NCBI RefSeq assembly: GCF_001194135.2
Contig: NC_068981.1
Location: forward strand, 70,117,154-70,152,721
DNA length: 35,568 nt
Direction: 5' to 3'
DNA from: Octopus bimaculoides
Taxonomy: Eukaryota
Below are positions 21,622 to 34,047 of this stretch, piece by piece. The number at the start of each line of letters is the position of its first letter. Within the stretch, counting starts at the first letter, position 1. Under the pieces are notes generated by a model. That model was not told where the DNA came from, did not search any database, and saw nothing but the letters and a program-made list of their open reading frames with translations. The position numbers were made by a program, and so were the translations under genes.

Positions 21622-23790
21622 TGATTTATTCTTTAATTATCCACAGGGGCCTATACGAAGAGGGTAAAGACAAGGGATCAGTGGGGTGGTTTATTCCGAA
21701 TGATAGTAACAGTTGATTAAAAAAAATAATAATAATTAAATATATAAACAAATGAAAAATAATTATGAAAAATGAAGTGGAGGACGGGGTGGGACCCCAC
21801 AAACCACGTACCACCACTGAACCTTTTTTTGACCTTCTGACTTCACTAACGAGGTCACATTTACTCTGAACATGTACGCTACTTTTTCCATCTTTTCTCG
21901 AGCACATTCACAAGCAGGCAGTTCCTCTCCCTCTTTATTTTCCTTCTGAGTTGGCAAACGAAGTAATTACCAACCCTCGGCTGGTGATCAAGTCGGTCGT
22001 CTTTGCTCCTCTCAAACACGACTTCCATACTACCTCTTCCGACGTCGCTATTACTGCAATGAAACAAACCTTCCCTTCCCTTGAAAGGGAGGGAGATGGA
22101 ACAATCATTATTATAGAATCGAAAGACAGCTGTACTCTTCCTAAACATGACAGCGGGTGTTCAACATAAGCCCAAATCTCCGATATATTCGGGCACTGAA
22201 CAATATCGTGCAGAATAGTATAGTTTCATTGCTCTGCTCGCATCTTGGGCAAGTGAGCTGGCTAGAGTAGCCATGCCTAGCGTGTTTATCCCGAACTGGC
22301 AAGGCTCCTCGGTAATATTGCCAAGCCAGTGACCTCTGGAAATTGCCCATAGGCCCAGGGCCGAATGTTCTTCGGAACAAACCAGCAAGCGGACCAACAT
22401 TGAAGCCCATAGTTTCCCGCGGGACATCGTCACACTTTGCCCATACTAACCCATGCCACTGACATTGCCCGTGCGTGAGAGAACCGTGACACCCTGCCAA
22501 CTTTCGACCTGCAACGCTCCCAACTCAGGTCTAGGTTTAATCTACGAATCGGTGCAAGACACAGATTCGATAGTCACATCTGCGACCTCCCTCCTCCCTT
22601 TCAGGGACAACCACCGCTCTGACCTAGTTCGGGTTAGGTGAGTCACCCTGCTCGCCACCTCGCTCCAATTCTTCTACATTTGGAGATCTGACCCGAACCA
22701 GACCCCTAGCATCTTAACCGGACCATCCGTCCAACGCCTGACGACGTCATTGGGTGATATCGACTTGCTTCTCCAGGTGCCGAGTGGCAAGCCGACTGAT
22801 TTATCACGGTTAATCTTAGCTCATGCTACAGCCTCGTAATCCTTCATGGCATCGTCTACATTCTGTAGGTGTTCCACTTCGGACACGATGATGGTGTTGT
22901 CGTCCGCATATGCCGTAACTGACTTTCCACAACCGAAATCTCACAGGACGCCCCTCATGCCGTCCAACTTCCGCAGTAAAAGTTCCAAAGCCAGAACATA
23001 TAGAAGTGGGGAGAGGGACATCCGTGACGCACCGAACGCTCGATGCTGAATAGCTCCGAAAAGAAGCCATTCAATCGAACGACCCATTCAGTGTTGCTAT
23101 AAACTGCTAAGATCCAACTACGAAATAACGGGCCAGGCTCGAACTCCACGAGGACCGTCACCAGATATCGATGGTCAGCCCCGTCAAAAGCTTTTGATTG
23201 GTCTAAATGGACGAAAGCTTCGCCCTTTCCAGGAAGCCTACTTACCTTCTCTAAGGTATAGCGTACAAGATGGAGATTGTCCTGGATGTATCTGCCGGGA
23301 ATGGCGCAAGTTTTCGCTGCCCCGACGAGTCTGAATTAAGCAGAGTGATGGAGCTGAAATTGCTTATCTTATACCTGTTGTTTTGGTCCTTTGTTAACAG
23401 CACCACGACCCTCCACCCCCGCCCGCTTAAAAATTTTTGTATAAACCCGTTCTGCTGCCACTTGGAGTAGACGCATGCCAGTAAGTTCCCAAACAAGTCT
23501 GGCATTCTGTAACAAAGCTGGTAGGGAAGTCCATCTAATCCCGGCGACTTGTCCCTGCCGCAGTCTGACAAGGCGTTCTCCACCTCCAAGGTTCTGATTG
23601 GTCCCTCACAGCATTCTGCTTCCCGGAAACTGGGCGAAATGCTTCGGAAAAACCTTGCATGTTTCCTCAGGTTCGGTTGCCAGACGCCCCTGCTGATTCG
23701 TGAAAGCCTTTATTGTGGCATCATTGCCATGTTGGGTCTCCACCCCACGGAACCAATCGACAGCGTTGATTCTCTCTCGCCCGTACCTTA
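21622..23790 (-). mobile_element. 5'-truncated Tx1/L1-clade LINE (ORF2 RT, Cys motif, 3' UTR), pseudogenised
   Basis: Motifs in order: EVENAL...DKSPGLDGLPY, VVLLTKD...ITLLNSD, LDQSKAFD..DHRYL, RSWILAVYS, RLNG..SE.FSIERSVRHGCP, AYADD (YADD 22899-22910), AKINRDKS, KMLGVWFG, RWLSLKG, LPVRDK..RHG....CPRCEQSNET. Ends in an A-rich 3' terminus (gataattaaagaataaa) at ~21622-21638. Confidence 0.92.
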
Positions 23791-23794
23791 GATC

Positions 23795-24010
23795 TGACAT
23801 ACATACATATATGTGTGCACGTGTGTGTATGTATGTGTGTAAGCATATGGAGTGTCTGTATAGTATCTGTAGCGCGTGTGCCTGTATGTGTGTGTGTACG
23901 TTTGTGCAGTGTATGTGTAGTATGTGTAGCGTGTGTGTGTGTGTGTTTGTGTGTATGTGTGTGTGAGTCTGTGTGTGAGTTTGTGTGTGAGTGTGTGTGT
24001 CTGTGTGTGA
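23795..24010. repeat. Degenerate (TG)n/(TATG)n microsatellite
   Basis: Read directly. Confidence 0.93.
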
Positions 24011-26632
24011 GTTAAATATATCTACATCTATAAATATTGTTTTTATTTTCAGAACTAACTGTCATTCAAACTCGATATATAATATGCCTTGTGTTGACTT
24101 ACCCATGAATAAATTGTTCAATAAATTGTTCATCTTAATTTTTTCCAGCATCGCAACTGAAATGCTCCTCTTCTCAATCGTCACATTCAATACCTATGAT
24201 GAAGGTGACATCGGCTTTAAGAAACTCTAAATTAATACAATGAAACTGGATGTCAATATTAGTATACAAAGCTCTGAGAAGATTAAAACTTCGCTCGCCT
24301 CAACAAAATATGAAACGTGGGATTTCACTGAGTGAAATGCGAATTAATTGCAATCTCATCTTTACTGTGGTATAAAACAGATATTCATAAACTTTCTGTT
24401 ACAATACATGATTTATTTCTGAATTTAACCAATTCCCTTATGATATATATAACAAAATATAATAAATAAGCGTGTTGTTCAACCTACAAAGATCAAACGA
24501 TAAATTCAAAATACATGATTTAAAATTACTTCTTTACTACTATAATTATGACACCATCACAAGCGGCGTTCAGTGAAGCGCATCAGTTAATTAAATCTAA
24601 CTACAATAACTTCGATGCTTTATCATAAGCGTTGATATTCATATTCTGAAAATAATACCAAACAATGAATCATTTAATATTAATCATGTATCTTTTATGA
24701 ATATACAACAATTAGTCTATTCTGTTTATAATTTCATATAATTTGTGAACAAGTGCCAAATCTCGGACGTAATTACTTGATATCAGACATATGCAAGCAA
24801 AATATAAATCGGTTCATTTACTTGACAATTACTTTGTTATTAATGTATGCCTTAATTTAAACGCGTCATTTAAGAGATTTCAGCTGACCATATACTTATT
24901 TATGAAATATTTATGACAAATATAGTGACTATATACTTTGGCGCGTACACACACGCAAGCGCGCGACTACACACACACGCATATATGTACACACACACAA
25001 ATACACATACGCACAAACAGACTTTTTACAGATAGCCAAATCTCCTTATAATTGTAGATCATCACCTTTTTAAAATAATGTATATTTCATAATGTGATTG
25101 ACGCTGTTTATAAAACGCCTAAAACGTTTTTCCTGCTGAATAACTTTGATCATAATTTTTCTTCTTATGCTGTACCCTGAACTGGACAATAACCTATGAC
25201 AAATATGTCTTAGGTATGATTAATGTTTATAGTTAATCAGATACATTTTCATGTTAATAATTTGTTCTCTATATTAGGCCGCCACATACATTTACTATAT
25301 CCTTGTAACCGTAGAATATCATTACAGATTAAATATGAAGAAAAGGTCCTAGATTAAACTCAAATTGTATGAATAATATACGAGCTTCCAAAATAATATC
25401 CTCAAACGTTTACGTTCATCTTACGCAGAATGTATTTTTTGTATAAAAAATAAATCTCTCCAGTTCTGGCGTGCCAATACTTTGGTAGTTATTGATGAAT
25501 ACAAGATATATTACGCCCGTATATCTTTAGTCTTATAATTGCAGTTTAGTTCTTAGTATTTAATTAGCTAGAGCTGCTTATATCTCTTCAAGAATCAGAT
25601 GGCCAACACTACTAATCTTAAAATTCAGCCACATTTTAAAAATAAATTGAAACATTATTTTCTGCTCCCATAACATTCAACAATCAAATCACGTTCAGTT
25701 ATTATTGATAATTGGATGCAAGTAATCAAATATAATGAATCTTCTTTTACAAATACTTCTCTATTCAATAAAATTATTCATACGGTTTATGCACTTCAAT
25801 TATAGCTGTTTCACCTAAAAATCCTACACTAAGAATGTTATATAAAGAAAATTGATTCTTTAACGAATCGATGACTGGAAACAAATATCAGTGATGGGTT
25901 TAATCGTAATTAAAATATTTAGACACTATTCTGTTTAATGTCGTGACAATTACATCATTTTCGCAGTGATAATGAAATACATTTCTGACATTAGCAACTG
26001 AAAACTACCGAACATTGAAAAAGTCAATCTCGTTTATGGTTACTTGTCAAGAAATCACAGTGTCTACGATAAGATTTTCATAATCCCTAAAAGAAGCCCA
26101 TAATAAAATTACCTAATCATTTACGAATACGACGCACACGAACATTTACTTTCTATCAATGACAAGCCAGGTGTGGAACATTCTGTTCTAATGTCTTATT
26201 TATTTCCTCCAAACACGGCTATTCCCTATAACAAGTAAAAGACGAAATAAATAGAAGAATACATATATATGTGCGCGTGTGTGCGTTTGTGTATACAGAC
26301 AAACAAACGCACACACCACATATAGATTAAGAGATAGACGTACAGACAGATATAAACATGTATGTATGTATGTGTATATATCTATGTATATAAATTTGAC
26401 ATGGGCGATTCTTTGTTGTCTTGGGATTCATGGTCAAATTGCTGGATAGAATTGCGTGAAAAATTACACAGATGTGTAGAATTATCCGGTGGTGATGCTG
26501 GGTTTTGTATTTTTTTCTTAGCTCCAATGGTTACCGAGATAATATACTGTAATAATATTCTTGTGTATATGAATGAGGAAGGAAGGGGTGAAAATTGTAC
26601 GCTTAAAAGGTTAATCAAACGGCGTTTCAACT

Positions 26633-26658
26633 TTGTGTGAATATATGTGTGTATGTAG

Positions 26659-26689
<31 letters not shown>

Positions 26690-27260
26690 NNNNNNNNNNN
26701 NNNNNNNNNNNNNNNNNNNNNNNNNNNNNNNNNNNNNNNNNNNNNNNNNNNNNNNNNNNNNNNNNNNNNNNNNNNNNNNNNNNNNNNNNNNNNNNNNNNN
26801 NNNNNNNNNNNNNNNNNNNNNNNNNNNNNNNNNNNNNNNNNNNNNNNNNNNNNNNNNNNNNNNNNNNNNNNNNNNNNNNNNNNNNNNNNNNNNNNNNNNN
26901 NNNNNNNNNNNNNNNNNNNNNNNNNNNNNNNNNNNNNNNNNNNNNNNNNNNNNNNNNNNNNNNNNNNNNNNNNNNNNNNNNNNNNNNNNNNNNNNNNNNN
27001 NNNNNNNNNNNNNNNNNNNNNNNNNNNNNNNNNNNNNNNNNNNNNNNNNNNNNNNNNNNNNNNNNNNNNNNNNNNNNNNNNNNNNNNNNNNNNNNNNNNN
27101 NNNNNNNNNNNNNNNNNNNNNNNNNNNNNNNNNNNNNNNNNNNNNNNNNNNNNNNNNNNNNNNNNNNNNNNNNNNNNNNNNNNNNNNNNNNNNNNNNNNN
27201 NNNNNNNNNNNNNNNNNNNNNNNNNNNNNNNNNNNNNNNNNNNNNNNNNNNNNNNNNNNN
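26633..27260. repeat. (TA)n run leading into N gap 26690-27260
   Basis: Read directly. Confidence 0.9.
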
Positions 27261-27396
27261 CCTTGGCAAATATATATAAGTTTTTCCAGTGAAAATATTC
27301 ACTGATATCGAAAAACTGAAAACAAGCAATGTTAAATCTCTGAACGAGGTATTAACAGTAACTGCACGATAAAGTGAAGTATATTTGCCACTTAAA

Positions 27397-27889
27397 TGTG
27401 GCTGACCCCGAGGGGTGGATGTTACTGTTGCTTTTAGCCCCAGGAGGACATCTCCTCCAGCTGGCTATCGACACACTTCTGTGTCCTGTCTGTATTTGCC
27501 AAGGGAAGTTATCCTTCCCATCTTGATCTACGATACGTACGTACTCGAGTTTCAGGGTTATTTCCCTTCTCCAGCGTACGACAATCGCCGACCTCCGATG
27601 CAAAAGGTCGGCGATTGTCGTAACGCACTACACGATTGCTCACACGTACACAAAAACACATACGTAATAACCTACGCCACTATATTTCCGCATTTGCCCA
27701 TTTCTACACACATTCACACAAACTTTACTACCCACATACAACCAGCGACAAGCGTTGCTAATTTTCTATTCTTGCACGTTTACACACATCACTCATCACT
27801 CTTTATCTTCTCTCGTAGCACTGCGATTCCATCCATTGTCCATTTATGTATTTATTGTCTCATCGACTTTTTGACTTAATCCTGTAACA
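27397..27889. other. Unclassified ~490-bp structured element (solo-LTR-like or structured-RNA-bearing repeat)
   Basis: Begins TGT (27397) and ends TGTAACA (27883-27889). GC-richer than the left flank. The first half holds three 6-bp stems, a 4-bp stem, a 10-bp palindrome and an 18-bp perfect hairpin; the second half is G-poor. No matching TSD at the TG/CA ends. Confidence 0.45.
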
Positions 27890-27894
27890 CGTCT

Positions 27895-28068
27895 GGAGGT
27901 AAGTCGATTATATTGACCCCAGCGATCAGATAGTAATTATTTTATCAACCCCGAAACGATCAAAGGCAAAGGTCGACTCGGGCAGAATTTGAACTCAGAA
28001 CGTAAAGACGGACGAAATGCGGCTAAGTATTTGTCCAGCGTGCCAAAGATTCTGCGATCTGACCCTCT
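27895..28068 (-). mobile_element. tRNA-derived SINE, family A (head intact, 3' tail missing)
   Basis: Reverse complement matches 19989-20150, including the B-box at 27985-27994, cgtccgtctttacgttctgagttcaaattc and the core tttgcctttgatcgtttcggggttgataaaataa. Confidence 0.9.
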
Positions 28069-28085
28069 TGAAAAATGTCCCAAAT

Positions 28086-28288
28086 ATTGATTTCAAATTT
28101 TAGCACAATGCCAGCACTTTAGGGAATTTGACGAGCTGATTACATCGAATTATATTGAATCGATTGCATCGACCTCAGTACCTAACTGGTATTTATTTTA
28201 TCGACCCTCAAAGCATAAAGTCAAAGTCGATCCAGCGGGCGGTTGAACTCAGAAGGTCAAGGCGAGCGAAATTCAGTCCAAAGCATTA
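28086..28288 (-). mobile_element. tRNA-derived SINE, family A (tail intact, head eroded)
   Basis: Carries the tail attgatttcaaattttagcacaatgccagc, the core ctggtatttattttatcgaccctc and ttgaactcagaa. It also has a short internal duplication, gattacatcga...gattgcatcga. Confidence 0.85.
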
Positions 28289-28379
28289 AGGTGATAAACT
28301 ATTTGTTAAACCTTGTAGCGTTTATGTTGACATTTTAATTTATTCTTTCTTTTAATACTTATTGCATTTTTTACCTCTA

Positions 28380-28441
28380 AATATATATACGCACACACAC
28401 ATATCTACATGTAAGTGAGTATATGTTTGTTTGTATTCGAG

Positions 28442-28480
<39 letters not shown>

Positions 28481-28495
28481 TTGTATATATATATG
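28380..28495. repeat. Compound (CA)n/(TA)n microsatellite
   Basis: Read directly. Confidence 0.85.
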
Positions 28496-29521
28496 AAAAC
28501 CATACTTGATTTTAAAATATATATTTATCATCCCGTTGCCTTAGGAATATTATAAATATTAAAACTACTGTCTCTAATAGATTATGACTTCGAAATTGTC
28601 TTATGAATAATGTACATTTTTATGGCTTCAGTTCGAGCTATAATTAGTGTGTTATATATATAGATAGAAGCAGAATAAAAATATAAACAATAAATGAGAG
28701 TGTTTAGTTTAGCAGAGGACAATTAATTGAAAGAAATTGTATATATTAAATGATTTAGATATATTTCAATGAAAAAAATATACACTTCACCATACCAACA
28801 TTATTATAATCACAAACGTAAATATTTTTTGCAATGAACCGAAGGCCATGTTAAAAGCTATTACATATCTTAGTATATAGATTTATTGTGTTAATCTGCA
28901 AATAGCTTAGTCTGTGAATAGTGTTCCTATTCGTTCCTCTCTCACGAGACGTCTCATCTGTAAACAAGCTCCTCTCTCTCCCCCTCTGTTCTCCCCTCCC
29001 TCTTTTTTCCCACGCACGCACCTACTTTGTATTTGCTTCTTCCTTCATTTAATCAAGTCATCTCTTAACGTACCTAGATAAATGGTCTAAAAAATATAAG
29101 TTTTATAAAACATGTCATATTGGTATTCTCTTGCGTTCGACCTGATACAACGTTTCAAAATGCGCTTGTCACAACTTTAATTTACATTTTAATAATTATC
29201 CTTCTTTTACTGTAAGCAACAAATTTATAGTTAGAAATAAGGGAACTGTGATCGCGTCGTGGTTTCGGACATACACCCCCTCCCACACACACACACACAC
29301 ATTTATATATATATATATATATAAATGGAAGCGGAGAGACAAGTTACTGAAAAGATTGAATGAGTGCAATGAAATAATTTAACAAAAAACTATATAAATT
29401 AATAAAGGACTGAACCAGTGCGTGTGTTTATTACCGGCATAATGCCTCTCCCAAGGTTTAATTGTATTTCTTTCAACGCACGTATCCACATCAAGAATCT
29501 TGCACACAAAATACACATACG

Positions 29522-29556
<35 letters not shown>

Positions 29557-31525
29557 TTTAACTTTCAAAAGCGTCGGTGGTAATAGGTTTTTGGTGAGTA
29601 ACATTTGTGCTGAAAACGAAATCATTAATTAATCATTAATATTTTCAGTTAGATTTTCATTTGAATAACTTGTGGTTAATGTGTAAACGCACTCTAAAAA
29701 TAACTCCCCGCATTTACACACGATTATCAATTAAATGCTATACTTTTGCCAGATAATGGATACATACCTCACTTCAAAAACTTTTGCTATAAAGAAATGA
29801 ATTGTAAAATGTGTTGAATCCATTGTAAATTGCCATCTTTCCATGGAGTCGGTAGTTTATATTTTTCCGGGAATAGTTCATAATTCACATTTAAATATAC
29901 TAATACACAGTGTATGTGAGCGGCGAGTATTTAGGGTATTGTAAAATGCTTTTATATGCCAATTTAATTTATTATCATATAATTTTATTGCATTCCACAA
30001 GGTACATTTTGTTAGATAATAGGAGCAAACTTCTTTTAAATTTTGGCAGCATAAGAATATTTCCTCAAATATATTTCATTTGGTTAACATTCATTCAATG
30101 AAATGACAGACAACATATCGGATTCACAATACTTCAGCTGTAGAAATACTTCAGCTGTGGAGATACGAATATGTCCTTTATGTGCTGTAATAAGAAACTG
30201 TTAAAGATACGTAAGTATTAGACTTACAGATTTCTTAGCAGAGCATTGATCGACACTGGGCTTCATACAAGATATATCCTGCTTGATTATAAAATAAGGA
30301 CTGTCGGTAAATGGTGAGCCTAAGCGGTGGAACATTAAACAGAATGCTCAGTGAAAAATATGAATGCAATATAACACAAGTGACAACCAGAGCTGATACG
30401 TACATTGAAAACTATTGGCATCCAATAGACGTGGCTTCCTGGTTTAGATAGATAGAAAAAACTATTATAATATCGATAACAATTACATATATGAAAATAG
30501 ATGTTTATTTCTAATGATGACCAAATGTTTCTGCGTTAGCGATTATACTCTAGTATGTGGAAGCAAAATAATCATAGATATGTGTGAACTTCTATGTAAA
30601 TATTTCCGTCAGTAGTCAATTATATTAAGAGTTTTCTTGCCAACTTACTATTTTACAATGTTATACTAATGTGGGTGTTGACACGAAATAAAATTTGAGT
30701 CCTAGCATATTTAGAGAATATAAGGCGCTTATACATATGTATATACACAAATACATACACATACAAACATACACACAAATATGTATATATGCCATGAAGA
30801 TATAGCTTTGTGTTGTAAGCTTCTCGACATGAGGTGATTTAGATTCTCAACAATACCTGTTAAGATTATGCCTACCTAGTAAGCGCTCTATTGCCGGAAG
30901 CAGCAGTAAAATCTTTCAATTATTATACTCCATAATTTGAAATGTAAGATGCACACATTGGATAATACGATATATGGCGTCTAACTGAATGATGTGATGG
31001 GCAGCCGGAAAGACGTAATGAGCGACTCCAAAACTGTTATAGGTGACTGGAAATAAGTTATGGGACTTTAAATATAAGTCTGCTAAATGCGATTTCACCT
31101 ACACCTAAACAGAAATAGTAACAACATAAGTAAATCATATTTGTAGTACGATCTTGTAGAAGAACTCACTTATGCAAGAAAAAACTGTAAGAAATGTTTA
31201 AAGAAGCAAAAAATAAAGTCATCTTAATCAAGCCAGAAGAAATTCTTCCAAAGCCTTCCGAAAAGGCAGTCGTGTTCTAGCGAACAGAAAAATTTAGCGG
31301 GAAAATCCAATCGATCCCAGAAATGTATATTTGGACGAGATAGATTCCCTAAATTAATAAAAAAAACAGCGGATGAAAATGGAGTGGGTGATTACAGAAT
31401 GAACACTGCGAGTTTATTCTAAACACTACGTTCATTCGGCAATTAATTAGTGTAATGCACCGTTTGATGATGGTTGCCAAGGCTGCATAACTTTTTGTAT
31501 GTGGATGTGGATGAACGTGTGAATG

Positions 31526-31754
31526 TATGTGTGTGTATAAATATGTTTTTTTATGTATGTATGTATGTATAATTGTACACGTGTGTATATATATAACAAT
31601 GCTTGATAATGTATGTATGTATGTATGTATGTATGTATGTATGTATGTATGTATGTATGTATGTATGTATNNNNNNNNNNNNNNNNNNNNNNNNNNNNNN
31701 NNNNNNNNNNNNNNNNNNNNNNNNNNNNNNNNNNNNNNNNNNNNNNNNNNNNNN
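31526..31754. repeat. (TATG)n microsatellite leading into N gap 31671-31754
   Basis: Read directly. Confidence 0.93.
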
Positions 31755-31856
31755 ATCTATGTTTTTCGAGAATTCTATTTTTTAATCATTTTGGAATCTG
31801 TTTTTTTTTTCTTGTAAATTTTTTAGTTAAATTTTGTTTATTTTTAGATAATTAAA

Positions 31857-32856
31857 ATGGAATGTCAAGTTAAGAAAAACGAGCATTTTCGACACCTCCT
31901 TCTTTTTGCTTTTAATCAAGGTTCTAAGGGCGCAAAAGCTCCTCGCGACATTTGTGATGTGTATGGAGAGGGTGCCATAATTGAAAGAACCGTTCGTGAT
32001 TTGTATACCAAGTTCAAAAATGGAAATTGTTACCTCAAAGACGCAATTCTTTCTGGCCGTCCAGTTGAGTTCCATGAAAAGCGATTAAACCAACTTTTGC
32101 ACAAAAATTCTTGACAAACGACAAGAGAAGTGGCAGAGTAAGTGGAATGCTCCCACACTGCTATAGAGAAGCAACTCCACTTGATGGGAATGATTCAGAA
32201 TTATGGAGCATGAATTCCGCATGCTTTAAGTGACAACAACAAAAATCAACGAGTCACAATCTCCGCTGGTTTGCTTGCTCTCGTCACCGCTCAACTCATG
32301 GACACAAGCAACAATTTCTTTACCGAATCGTTAATGGCGACGAACAAGGGTGCCTGTACATCAATATGAAGCAGCGTAAGAAATAGCTTATCCCCGGTAA
32401 AGAAGCGACACCCCGCGTGAAACAAGGTATTCATCGGCGTAAAACGATGTTGTGCGTATGGTGGGACTGGGAAGGGATTATCCATTCCGAGATGCTTGAA
32501 CGGAACCAAACGGTCAACGCGGAACTCTATGTTCAACAGATGGAACGATTCAACACGGCTATTCAAGAGAACAGACCTAATCGTCAGCATGGAGTTCTTC
32601 TGCTGCACGACAATGCCCGCCCTCATATCGCCAATATGACCAAGGAAGCCTTTCAAACGTATGACTGGGAAGTGCTGCCACACCCGCCGTACTCTCTTGA
32701 TTTGGCACCAACGGATTTCCATCCCTTTTTATCTCTTTCAAATGCTATGCGCGGAGTTTCGTTCAATAATGGTGCAGAATTGAGAGCTTGGTTGGATCAA
32801 TTTTCGAGTCGAAATCGGGTGATTTCTGCCAACCAGGTATTGAAATTCTTGTTGAA
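31857..32856 (+). pseudogene. Near-complete mariner DD34D transposase pseudogene (3' end lost in gap)
   Basis: MECQVKKNEHFRHLLLFAFNQG...KFKNG...LKDAILSGRP, *IPHAL (decayed WVPHEL, 32211-32228), FLYRIVNGDE (first D), KTMLCVWWD, LLLHDNARPH (second D), HPPYSLDLAPTD (third D). I count 34 residues between the second and third D. Several stops plus frameshifts near 32282 and ~32800. Confidence 0.96.
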
Positions 32857-33106
32857 NNNNNNNNNNNNNNNNNNNNNNNNNNNNNNNNNNNNNNNNNNNN
32901 NNNNNNNNNNNNNNNNNNNNNNNNNNNNNNNNNNNNNNNNNNNNNNNNNNNNNNNNNNNNNNNNNNNNNNNNNNNNNNNNNNNNNNNNNNNNNNNNNNNN
33001 NNNNNNNNNNNNNNNNNNNNNNNNNNNNNNNNNNNNNNNNNNNNNNNNNNNNNNNNNNNNNNNNNNNNNNNNNNNNNNNNNNNNNNNNNNNNNNNNNNNN
33101 NNNNNN

Positions 33107-33162
33107 TATATATATATATATATATATATATATACGTGTGTGTGTGTGTGTAAGTATGTATG

Positions 33163-33196
<34 letters not shown>

Positions 33197-33205
33197 TGCA
33201 TATAT
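33107..33205. repeat. (TA)n/(TG)n/(TATG)n microsatellite after N gap 32857-33106
   Basis: Read directly. Confidence 0.93.
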
Positions 33206-33995
33206 AATCTCATTTGTTCTTGTATCTAAACATATTTTATTGTCCTATCTACACACTATTTCTTTTCGGAATCCGTTGATAGTATTTATAATTTGACTCC
33301 AGCTCTACGGTTGATCCAAACAGTTGATTTAACGTTATTTACGTAAGTTATTGGGCCTTCTCCGTTATATATAGAACGTTATGTCACGTGTAAAAATTAA
33401 TCGTTATTTTTCAATAATGATTTTTGGTTAGTTATGCAATATATATTAACCCATAGTTATTTGTTATTTAAAACGGGTATTAAATATTAAGGTTGAAAGG
33501 GTTGTTTCAAACCGATCATTTTCAGTAAATATGTATATAAAAATAACCAAATAAGCTGAAAATGGTTCGTAGGTTTCCATAAATAATTTTCGGTATTTTA
33601 ATTAAAAGTTATAATTATTTTCATTATTAGAAATATATGTACGCTAATATATTGAAATTGAGGAAAAAATAACAACTTCAAAATAAATAACTTTTATAAG
33701 GATGACGTTATAGAAAATCTAATATCCTGTACACTGCTTCTTGCATTATCCTGCCATTTTTGATGTGCATTTGAATTTCAATGATAATTGCATATATCTA
33801 AAAGTTATACATGCATGTGAAAGTGTGCATGTTCGTATATTTAAATTGCGTCCACAAAAGCGTAATATTCTATTATTACATTATGCGTATTGATATTGAA
33901 TCTTTACGCATTAAGTTAATACTAAGCACACACACATATACATACACACAAAAATAGACACACATATATACACCTATATATAAATGTATCTATAT

Positions 33996-33997
<2 letters not shown>

Positions 33998-34046
<49 letters not shown>
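33998..34046. repeat. (TG)n microsatellite
   Basis: Read directly. Confidence 0.96.

Positions 34047-34047
<1 letters not shown>

Noticed and set aside
24149-24204. AG...GT-bounded 56-nt micro-exon candidate
   Set aside because: Weak donor (GTGACA) and no recognisable peptide; such pairs are expected by chance.
27412-27475. HDV/CPEB3-like ribozyme fold (GGGGT...GCCCC followed by a hairpin)
   Set aside because: No P2 or P3 pairing and no J4/2 catalytic segment could be built by hand.
12583-27612. Octamer GCCGACCT/AGGTCGGC shared by the MITE candidate ends and the 18-bp hairpin
   Set aside because: Only 8 bp with no flanking similarity; treated as coincidence.
27415-27879. 154-aa plus-strand ORF over the structured element
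   Set aside because: Starts at GTG, low-complexity H/T-rich second half and no motif; likely open because of composition.
32291-32722. 143-aa minus-strand ORF
   Set aside because: Antisense shadow of the mariner catalytic domain.
5398-33229. Long ORFs in the track that contain X runs or VCVC/YIYI/THTH/ERER peptides (e.g. 5398..5904, 9721..10318, 12228..12572, 26382..27329, 31527..31855, 32797..33213)
   Set aside because: They are open only because they cross N gaps or microsatellites; no protein signal.
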